DNA from: Schizochytrium sp. TIO01
Lineage: Eukaryota > Protista > Bigyra: Labyrinthulomycetes
DNA: 64,000 nt
Direction: 5' to 3'
Assembly: GCA_004764695.1 (NCBI GenBank)
Contig: SMSO01000032.1
Span: 558,001-622,000, forward strand
The notes below the pieces were generated by a model. The model was not told where the DNA came from, ran no database searches, and worked only from the letters and a program-made list of their open reading frames with translations. Of this stretch, positions 54,834 through 64,000 are shown piece after piece. Within the stretch, counting starts at the first letter, position 1, and every line of letters begins with the position of its first letter. The translations under genes were made by a program, and so were the position numbers.

Positions 54834-56086
54834 GTAATTTTTGCATTGTCAATCAAATGTAATGCAATCTTGCGTAGCAAAGCAGTAGGCGATTCATTAT
54901 GTACTCCTAAGACTAAACCAATCATAAAATCCCATCATTTCTAACTATCGACTCTGCCTCTTTTCCAAAAGCGCAAAAGAGAGGACACAGATTACTACTA
55001 CTGTTTGTGGTAAGAAACCCCTACACCACCACTGTCCAGCAGCAAGATCACAATAGTTACGTTTGGGCGAGCTATTACACATTTGCTATAGTAATGGCTA
55101 TATGAGGTGTTAGGAGTACCAGAGCCACAAGGACAGAGGAAAACAATAAATCGATGACCAGAAATCAACTTGAAGCGCGGGAAACTGTCGTCCCCGCAAG
55201 TCTGAGAAGAGGCTTTGCACGGCCCCGCACGGACCCCGTCGAGTCCTGCGGGTATCAATCTGGTGTATCCACTATCTAGTTTGGACGAGGTTCATGAGAG
55301 ACATGAAAACAGAGAGCTTTTCCTGTTTCTTTTTATTTATTATTCATCGATGAACGATCATGCTCTCTTATACTGATAAAGAAAGAAAGAGACTATGAAG
55401 ATCAATTGAATAATGATGTCACAGTGGTCGAGTTTCGATTATCACCTCCCGGTCGCTATGACAGGATGCTCGCACGAACAAACAGCTAAACGTCCAAATA
55501 GTCAACTGATTGAATCGCATCTCAGCAGACCGTCAAGTCTTGATCGCACGCTCACTCGATCATTTATTCCTGCATTGATGCACTGTTCTCGTTTACATTA
55601 TTATTTACAAAAAAAATAATAAAAATAATCATGAACTAATAAATCATGAGTCTTTTCCTTCCTTCACTGACACTGTGAAACAGGAAGATGGAGAAGGTCA
55701 GCGCAGACGCTTATCCACCTTAACCAAACTAATGGCTTCTCCTTACATACCTTTTCTCCAGCTTGGCATACGCCTCATAAACACCACGCTGCCCGCGAAA
55801 CTTTAAGGTTTGTTTTTCATTCCTCGTTCTGCTTTGTTCTGACCGTTCTGTTCTTTATGCCTAGTGTTCTGAACGGGGTACGTTCTTTTTCGAGTTGTTC
55901 TTTTGAATCACCAAGACCACTCGACGCAACTTGGAGTCTTGCGTTGAACGCACGCACGCACGCAAAGGAGCGTATTGCAGACTCTGTCTTCGCACGAAAC
56001 TGGATTGGGAGCTTGGACATTGGCTGAGAGGGCTGACAGATAAATAGCTAAGGGGATATCTTCTTCTGGTGAAGCCTGAGGGAGAG

Positions 56087-56995
56087 ATGGCGGAGGAGGA
56101 CGACCTTGATGCCCAGCTTGCGGCCTTTGAAGCCGAGGTTGCAGATATTGATGTAGAGGTGGATGAGAAAACTACCGCTGCTGAAGCTACTACACAGTCA
56201 GCTCAACCAGGTCCTTTAAAGGATGATAATGTTGTTTTTGCATCGTCATCCTCCTCCTCTTCATGCTCAACACCTCATGTAGCAGCAAAATCCACTGATG
56301 AGAGTGGAACTGAGGACAAGCCAGGCAATCACCAAAAAACTGTGAATGTGGCTTCATCAATAAGTCCTTCTGTAATCTTGACAGAAGAAGTTGCAGTCAC
56401 TGCTCAGCCTACATTAAATCCGGAGTACCTTGCAGCTCTACAACGGCATCAAGAAGGAGGGTATAAGCGACGCAAAGTGGGTGTGTATTCTGCTGAGGAC
56501 CCTGTAGACGAGGACGATACCCAAGGTTCAAGTAAATCAGCTTCCGTGGGGGGTTCTAATGAAGTTGATACATCTACAACAGGAGCTACTGAATCTGCGG
56601 CAACATCTCAAAGTCATTTGCGGGTAGGTGCAACTGGCGTGTTTGAGGATAAAACTCTTGATGAATGGCCTGAGAATGACTTTCGACTTTGGGTTGGCCA
56701 GCTGGGAAACGAGGTCGATGATAAGCTTCTCACGAGCAAATTTTCAGATTACAGAAGTTTTAACATGGCCCGAGTTATTCGAAACCGCAAGACTGGCAAG
56801 TCAAAAAACTATGGCATTGTCAGTTTTCAAGACCCAATGGAGATGGTGCGAGCTATGCGAGAACAACAGAAAAAGTACTGCGGAACACGTCGCATGGAGA
56901 TTCGAAGAAGTCGTGCAGAAGACCGTGATCTCTCCACGGTGCGCAAAAACGACAAGAAACGCAAGAAGGCTTTTAAACGCCTGGGAGTAATGTAA
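56087..56995 (+). CDS. RBM42: RBM42-like RRM splicing factor
   Basis: FEDKTLDEWPENDFRLWVGQLGNEV...KTGKSKNYGIVSFQDP...AMREQQKKYCGTR matches the RBM42 C-terminal RRM signature. Acidic disordered N-terminus and basic NLS-like tail. First ATG at 56087. Confidence 0.88.
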   Translation: MAEEDDLDAQLAAFEAEVADIDVEVDEKTTAAEATTQSAQPGPLKDDNVVFASSSSSSSCSTPHVAAKSTDESGTEDKPGNHQKTVNVASSISPSVILTEEVAVTAQPTLNPEYLAALQRHQEGGYKRRKVGVYSAEDPVDEDDTQGSSKSASVGGSNEVDTSTTGATESAATSQSHLRVGATGVFEDKTLDEWPENDFRLWVGQLGNEVDDKLLTSKFSDYRSFNMARVIRNRKTGKSKNYGIVSFQDPMEMVRAMREQQKKYCGTRRMEIRRSRAEDRDLSTVRKNDKKRKKAFKRLGVM

Positions 56996-58994
56996 TTTTC
57001 CAAAGACCGTAACTGCGCTTTCTGTGAATACTTTACGCCTGACCATCAGCGGAGGTGTAGACTGTTTGGACTAGTTGACTACTAGCCACTGCATGATCGA
57101 TTATGCGAGAAAGAAAAGCCATCTGAGGTTCTAGTTTCTTGTGCTATACAAGGTGGCAGTCACATATGCATGTTTACAAAACCTTCACCACAACAAGTCA
57201 TACTTGCCCGCTAAACGTATTCATTGGACAAGGGTGATTTTTATAAATTGTAACTTTATCGACGCATTGAATTTTCAACTTTCCGGGCTAGTCGTTTCTC
57301 TATGTTGAAGTTATATACATAAAGCGGTCGATACCTTTTATATCGTCAGCTATACTACTTCAAATCATTTAGATCTTGTCTCATGCACCGGACTCGAGGA
57401 CCTAGTACAGTCCTATGTGTCCTAAAGTTTCCTGTAAGACACTATGGGACAAACCATGGATGTCCCAAGTGTGGTAAAATGGGTTTCGCAGTTTGAGTTG
57501 TAAATGTCTACCAAGGGTCGGGCAATTTGCTAGCCTTAATCATCATATGATGACGAGAATCTTGTTTTCTTTGTTGACAAGAACTCCTGGCGAGTACTTG
57601 CAATCTCTCTGTGTTAGGAACAGAGTAAATATTGGCATTTCATTTTGCTCTTCAGCCTAGTTCTCAGGCTGAGTGTTTGTTGAGCACTTTGAGTGGACCG
57701 TCTTGTGTTGTGCGAAAGGTAAATGCTCAGGCCAATAGTAAGATTGGGGACAAAAGTCTGCATTGTGACGTCGGGCAACTTACTGGCCGAGTCTAGGGGT
57801 GGTTGGTCAAATATTGGAAAATTAAAAACAAAATCTGTTTTCTTGTTTAACTTCGGAATGGAAGAACATTTGACAGCGTTGATGGTGTTGATATCACCTC
57901 ATATGTTTACGCTGTGGTTGGACCCTATGCATTTTTTTGAAGATGGAATCATGTTTTGATTTTCTGGTAAAGTGGTCGCAGCGGAATATGTACCCGGGCC
58001 GTGGTTTAAGTGTGCTGGCTATCGCAAGCTGCTCGCAAGAGGTTTGAAGACGACTGCTCACACCTTAGGGATACTTACTGAGGAGGCTGGCCTTCTCTTA
58101 AATTATAGTCAGCACATGCACAAATATTTATACGAATTCCAATCTAGACTATTCGAGTTCGGCAACGGTGGGATTCAAAAGGATTTCATAATTTATTCTT
58201 GTTTACTAACTTCAAAGATTAGCACCAGTAGCATAAAGTTCCTGCGTTAACCAGCTCAAACATCTTCCATTTGTTCAAAGAAGAATTCACCTTAAAGAAA
58301 CAGAGATCTTTGCACCTACCTAGCAGTATTTTACCATCATATAAGGTTTCCCTTTTGTTGGGAGTTCGACGTATGTAAGGACTTGGAATCGTAGGAGGGT
58401 GGAAAATCGAACAACCCACCTGTAGGAGACGAAGGAAAAAGTGTGATTGCCAACTTTACTAAAGAATTTATTTGCTTGCATCTCCGTACCCTTGCCTCAG
58501 CATGGATGTACTGACCCTTCTGATATGCAAAAATATCTGCTACCTACTACTATCACCTTAAATCTGTCTCATGTTTGTGGAGGACAAATGGAATTATAGA
58601 CATGTACGGTCAGCTGATTGAACATCGCGCGTGGAGACGGTCTCAATTATCCAATTGGATTACCTTTTAAAGCGAGAGTGAGATGGCGAATGTAATTGAT
58701 TTTGCTCCTAGTTTCCTCCACCTGCGGCCTGTCTACCTACAAGGTTGATCAGTAGGTTAGTTAGTCGTCCACCTAGGGACTTTTCAAAGTCTTAGAAGAT
58801 ATAAGGTATTTTCAAACCCTGCCCGCAAGCCAAAGCAAACGTGATTCTTCAGTCCTGAGTCGTGGTGACTCAGACAGTGTGTGGGGTCTCTATCCTTTCA
58901 GGCAATCCCCCTGTGCAAGGTCCGAACCTTGCATAATTAAAGAAGCTTATCCATATTTTGTTGATTCGTAGGAGTAAACCTCTCCACCGGAACC

Positions 58995-61865
58995 ATGGAG
59001 AAGCGCCGCATTGAGAAAGGTCGCGTGGATGACCTTGTTCTCATTGAGGAGGTTTCACAAGATGAAATTGTAGCCACCTTGCGAAGACGCTTCGATACAA
59101 AGCAGATTTACACCTACATTGGTACAGTTCTACTATCTGTCAATCCCTTCAAGTCGATTCAAGGTCTATATGGTGAAGATGTAATCAACAAGTATGAGGG
59201 AAAGATGGGCTACGAACTTGCTCCCCATGTTTATGCTGTTGCAGAGGCAGCATATCGGTCCATGACAAGAACAAACCAAAATCAGTGTATTTTGGTAAGT
59301 GGAGAAAGTGGTTCAGGCAAGACTGAAGCAACAAAACGTGTTTTAGAGTACATTGCTGCTGTCAGTGGAGCAGGATATGCCGGCATTAAAGATGCTCTCC
59401 TCAATAGTAACCCTCTTCTGGAGTCCTTTGGAAACGCGCGAACTCTACGCAATGACAACTCATCACGCTTTGGCAAGTACATGGAGGTTATGTTTGATTA
59501 CAAAGGTGAACCGGTTCAAGGGCGTATCTCAAATTACCTTCTTGAGAATCCTCGTGTGGTGGCTCATGTTGACGGCGAGCAAAACTTTCACATTTTTTAC
59601 ATGGTCTTGGAAGGCATGCCTGAAGCTCGCAAGGCTGAGTACAAGCTCGCGGGACGGAAACCTAGCTCATTTGCATACCTTGGCTCAGATCGACCTGAAT
59701 CGCAACGAAGTGCAACCCCTGATTTTGCCGGCATTGATCGTGCTATGGATGGTGTTGGACTCTCTGCTGAGCAAAAGTCGAGTTTGTACCGTATCATTGC
59801 AACAGTGCTGTGGGTTGGACAAATTCAGTTTGAAGACGATCATGCTGCCGGTGGAGATAGCGGCAAATCAGGCAGCAAAGTAGTTAAGATTGGAGAAAGT
59901 GGTGAAGCACTGACGAATGCAGCCTTCTTAATGGGGGTAAAGCCCGAAGCCTTGGAAAATGCGCTGATCATGCGTAAAATTGTCACTCGCGGTGATTCTG
60001 TTGATAAGGTTCTTCATAAGGAGGAGGCATACGAAACTCGTGATGCCTTGGCAAAGGCATTGTATGGCCGCACTTTCCAGATAGTGGTGAACTGGATCAA
60101 TATGGCCATTAAGAATGAGGAGCTGGCCAACGATCCCCAATATAAGCGAAACAGCTATCGTAAGTACACAAGCATTGGTGTGCTCGATATTTATGGATTC
60201 GAGATCTTTGAGTTCAACAGCTTCGAGCAGTTGTGCATCAATTACTGTAACGAGAAGCTTCAACAGCTCTTTATTGAGCTGACGTTGCGTGCTGAGCAAG
60301 AGGAATACGCTGCAGAAGGAATTGAGTGGGAGCACATTGAGTACTTCAACAACAAGACCGTGTGTGATTTGATTGAAGCTAAACAAAAGCCTCACCCAGG
60401 TGTTTTGGCATTGTTGGATGAGGAGTGTTCACTGTTGGGCAAGGTTGATGACCTGACGCTGCTGAAAAAGATGGACAAGACTTTACGTGATCACGAGCAT
60501 TACCATGAGGTCAAGGTGAGCCCGCATCATTTTGTGATTAAGCACTATGCTGGAGATGTCAAGTACACAGCCACCGGATTTTTGGACAAGAATCGTGATA
60601 CCCTTTGGCGCGACCTTGTGGAAGTGTTGGCTGTATCATCAGAATCTTTTGTGCAATCGTTGTTTCCGGAGGGCAAAGAAAGACGTGATCAGAAGAAACC
60701 ACCCACAGCGGCAACAAAGTTTCGTCAGCAGATGCACGAGCTTATCGGAACGTTGCAGCTCTGTAACCCGCACTACATTCGCTGCATCAAGCCGAACGAA
60801 AAGAAGATGGGCGGTTTGTTCGAAGTTGAGCGTGTAACGGATCAAGCTCGATACCTTGGCTTGCTGGAGAACGTACGCGTTCGGCGCGCAGGTTTCGCCC
60901 ACAGAAAGCCCCTGGACGAATTTGTGCATCGTTACAAGATGCTTTCAAGAAAGATTTGGCCAAAGGGCTCTGGCAACCTTCAAGAGGATGCCCGCCACAT
61001 TTTTGAAGCTGTTGGCATTGACGAAGATGGCTTTCGATTTGGTCACACGAAGGTGTTCATTCGCAAACCGATGACTTTGTTTGCGCTCGAAGATATGCGT
61101 GAAACTAAGATCCATGGTCTTGTGGCAACTATTCAGGTGTGTTTCCGTGCTTGGAAGGCTCGCAAATTACTCAAGGAGCTGCGCGATCGATCGATGAGTC
61201 TGTTCAATGGTATGAAACGCCGGGGTGCCTCATTTCGTGTTTACTTTTTGGGAGACTACATTCGTGTACAAGAGCATCCAGGCGTGATGGCCGCAGTCAA
61301 AGGCGGGCGCATTCTCTTTGCTGATACCGTTAACAAGATCAACCGCAGCTGCAAGGCGCAGGTGCGCCTGTGTGTTGTGACTGCGACAGAACTTTTGATC
61401 ATCCGTGCAAAGCCGAGCAAACAACAGAAGAATAGCTATGAATTTAACGGAGTATCACGCCGCATGTTGCTGGGAGATCTTACACTCGCTACGCTTTCTA
61501 CATTTGCGGACGGTTATGTTGCGCTTGATGTCGCGTCCCGATCGCAGCCGACTCTGTTTTTGCATGCTTCACGAAAGGCCGAAATCATCACGATCCTTAA
61601 GGGTCAATGTCCTAACCTGGAGATCAAATTCAAGGATAGCTTTCAGTATGTTTCACTCAAGCCCTCGATGTTTGGTGGAAAGTCTACTACAGGTCCTACG
61701 GAGGAGCGAACTGTTGTCTTTAACGAATCTGCAGGAGCGACGCCCTCTGCAGACAGTTCCAACATGCCAAAACTTGCATATGCAAAGTCTCAAAACGCGG
61801 TGAGCGTCCAAATCCCTCCTGTGATGGGTTCGCGTGCACTCATCCAGCTCAGTCATGCTGCATAA
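58995..61865 (+). CDS. Class I myosin heavy chain, short-tailed (motor, one IQ, TH1)
   Basis: P-loop GESGSGKT, NDNSSRFGKY, DALAK, LDIYGFE, PHYIRCIKPN, and LGLLENVRVRRAGFA (class I signature). IQ motif IQVCFRAWKARK; TH1 tail (GDYI...FADTVNKINR). No GPA or SH3 region. Confidence 0.95.
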   Translation: MEKRRIEKGRVDDLVLIEEVSQDEIVATLRRRFDTKQIYTYIGTVLLSVNPFKSIQGLYGEDVINKYEGKMGYELAPHVYAVAEAAYRSMTRTNQNQCILVSGESGSGKTEATKRVLEYIAAVSGAGYAGIKDALLNSNPLLESFGNARTLRNDNSSRFGKYMEVMFDYKGEPVQGRISNYLLENPRVVAHVDGEQNFHIFYMVLEGMPEARKAEYKLAGRKPSSFAYLGSDRPESQRSATPDFAGIDRAMDGVGLSAEQKSSLYRIIATVLWVGQIQFEDDHAAGGDSGKSGSKVVKIGESGEALTNAAFLMGVKPEALENALIMRKIVTRGDSVDKVLHKEEAYETRDALAKALYGRTFQIVVNWINMAIKNEELANDPQYKRNSYRKYTSIGVLDIYGFEIFEFNSFEQLCINYCNEKLQQLFIELTLRAEQEEYAAEGIEWEHIEYFNNKTVCDLIEAKQKPHPGVLALLDEECSLLGKVDDLTLLKKMDKTLRDHEHYHEVKVSPHHFVIKHYAGDVKYTATGFLDKNRDTLWRDLVEVLAVSSESFVQSLFPEGKERRDQKKPPTAATKFRQQMHELIGTLQLCNPHYIRCIKPNEKKMGGLFEVERVTDQARYLGLLENVRVRRAGFAHRKPLDEFVHRYKMLSRKIWPKGSGNLQEDARHIFEAVGIDEDGFRFGHTKVFIRKPMTLFALEDMRETKIHGLVATIQVCFRAWKARKLLKELRDRSMSLFNGMKRRGASFRVYFLGDYIRVQEHPGVMAAVKGGRILFADTVNKINRSCKAQVRLCVVTATELLIIRAKPSKQQKNSYEFNGVSRRMLLGDLTLATLSTFADGYVALDVASRSQPTLFLHASRKAEIITILKGQCPNLEIKFKDSFQYVSLKPSMFGGKSTTGPTEERTVVFNESAGATPSADSSNMPKLAYAKSQNAVSVQIPPVMGSRALIQLSHAA

Positions 61866-64000
61866 AATAACGACAACGCACTGAGACCACAGAGTCACAG
61901 CACTATCTGCCCTCCAACAAATATCCCAGACACAAACAAAAAAAACTAAAGAAAGAAAAAGGCTCGGTACTCCACGAGGCACGCTAATAGTCGTGCTATC
62001 CGTACATTTTGAGCTTGACAAGAAATGACATATGTCAATAGAAGATTTAAAATTAAATGCAAATACGAACATATATATATATATATATCAAACTGCAATC
62101 TTTCCCCATCAGTGAATAAGTTGCTGTTTTGTTTTTTTGGTGAAGAAGAAAGAACTAGCGTTCGTCTGTTAGCAAAGGACATTGGATCCTTGCAAAATTT
62201 GACCAGCCATTTCATAGAACCTAATCACACGTCTCTGTTATGATGTATCGGTAGAGGGGAATTCAATATCTTGTAGATCTTTTTCTTTCATCATTGGATA
62301 AGAGTAATACAAAATCTTTGCACAGCATCATATGCACTCAGCGACCGGCGTTTTGACCGAGATTTGCCTTGACAATCTTCAAGGGAGGTTCATTTTCCGT
62401 GGCCAGTTGACCTGCTAGCACAGCCATATCTACGCCAAAACCTCTAATACGACCGCGAACCCCATTCTCGGTTGTAGCGTCAGCAGCTCTCGTCTTCGAT
62501 CTGGGCCCTTTCGACCTTTCTTTCCGTCACCATTCTGCCATACTACTATTATCTGCTACTCATGCTAGCTCAACCGCTCATGTATTGGTTGTGATGTGTG
62601 TGCTGGCGTCACGTGCACGGATCCAACATGATCAAACAAAATAGTGTTGCTGAAACGAACCCTTACCAAGTTCTAGTAGGTACCTACCTACCTACTCTTA
62701 CCTACCTACACTCACTAACGGCAGCAATGTCATAACTCTATTCATGATTCCTGTATTTCCAAAGCTGTCATGTAACCGCGATTTCCCCTACAGGTGCTGT
62801 TTTGCTCAGCCGACGAAGCGTCCTCACCCTCCATCTATGTTGTCGTTGCTGCTGTTGTTTGATCGCGTTACTAGTCTGCGTCGCCGTCTAGAAACAGTAT
62901 CTTTGAAAGGGAAAGATACTGCTACGGTGTGTGCCACCACGAAAGTTGGTAATCTGGAGTCTGCATCAGAGAAATCACTCAAGCTAAACTTAACGCTTCC
63001 TAGGCTGGCTAGCAAGGACAAACTGGAAGAGGATCATGTATGATGGACTTTTGGAGTCATGATACTGACATTGGAGAGCAAAGGAGGAAAAGGCGCAGCA
63101 GCACAGCAATAGTGATGACGACACAAAACAGGTTTCGAAGAAGGTCAGATCAAGTCGTACGTACAATTTGCATAAGAAGAGCTTACACCTGGATTGGGGG
63201 GTAGTCGAGAGATGGAAAAGTGATGGATGCTCTGGGACATGTCAAGCTGTCTTAACTTGACGTGCCCAATGCATGAAGAAGGTATCCTCAGTTCTGAAGC
63301 GTGCTCAGAGGACATTACAAAGCATCGCGAAATTAAGGACCATAGTTGGATACAGTTAGCCTGAGTGCTGGTTAAATAAGAGATAGCCTCGAAAGCCAAG
63401 CTTTGGGGGCATTATTAACCATAAATAGAACATAGTTAAAATGCCAATTCGACAATTAAACCAATAAAATTTTGCTTACCGAGTGTCAAGCAATTGGGCG
63501 ACGTTGTTCGCCGCAAATCCTGAAGCATTCAATTCTCAAAGTTTATAATTTTGTTAGAGTATTTGAAGTATGCAAGGAAGACCCTGTCTATGATGAAAGG
63601 CTTTGTAATTGTAACTAGAACGAGGTCAAGGTGGGTCAAGAAAGCGAGTTCCTTTGAAGGGCTGGAAATTGGACCTGTGCAACATGCTGTCAGACAGTGT
63701 CGTGCGTTGTCAAAAGACCGAGAGTGCAGATTTGAGCACCACAGCAGATGGAAACTGACGAGAACAACATAAGTAGGTACTTAGAATACCCATCGCTGTA
63801 AAAGAATGTATTGTAAAAAAAAAGAAGTCATCGTCCTGTAAACGCAATGCGTTCACAACTTCCTTCAATATTTTATGTAATGTGTAGAATTTCAACATGG
63901 TTCAAAGGGGATAATATCCTCTGCCACATTCGAGCATGTGAAGAAAACAAGGCAAGTTTTTGATTGAAAGAACAGATGCTTAGTTGGGTCGCGTAGAGAC

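Noticed and set aside
55177-55215. Cobalamin or TPP riboswitch, or U1 snRNA, suggested by GGGAA...CCCCGC, CTGAGA and TTGCAC
   Set aside because: The B12 box, the TPP ACCTGA/GCGNAGG elements and the U1 5' ACTTACC are all missing; kept only as an unnamed structured candidate.
59975-60060. Myosin I activation by Rac/PAK through the TEDS site
   Set aside because: The residue 16 positions before DALAK is Asp, not Ser/Thr, so phosphoregulation there is not expected.

Overview
Eukaryotic nuclear DNA, not prokaryotic. Genes are intron-poor with a few short GT-AG introns and are separated by 1-8 kb AT-rich, microsatellite-rich spacers. This style suggests a stramenopile protist, most plausibly a thraustochytrid/labyrinthulomycete (inference, not verified). 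Fourteen protein-coding genes are supportable: proline dehydrogenase; a ~1450-aa unknown protein with a hidden two-fold internal duplication; a TLC-type membrane protein; three co-oriented type II membrane enzymes (plant/bacterial-type glutaminyl cyclase, a signal-anchored tubulin-tyrosine-ligase-like ATP-grasp enzyme, and a GT18/MGAT5-like glycosyltransferase); a TmcB-like multi-pass PAS protein; Rac GTPase (3 exons); a ubiquitin-like/beta-barrel fusion; SPO11-2-type topoisomerase VIA; a short CFAP58-like coiled coil; a BAR protein; mitochondrial malate dehydrogenase (2 exons); RBM42; and a short-tailed myosin I. The last item brings the list to 15 if the weak CFAP58-like call is counted. The best candidates for something new are: (i) the secretory-pathway enzyme trio built around a lumenal TTL-like ligase; (ii) a ~460-nt highly base-paired, pseudoknot-containing non-coding island at 37.45-37.9 kb; (iii) the duplicated RIIa/Dpy-30-like protein. 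No tRNA, rRNA, CRISPR array or intact transposon was recognised. All family calls come from motif recognition by eye; no searches were run.
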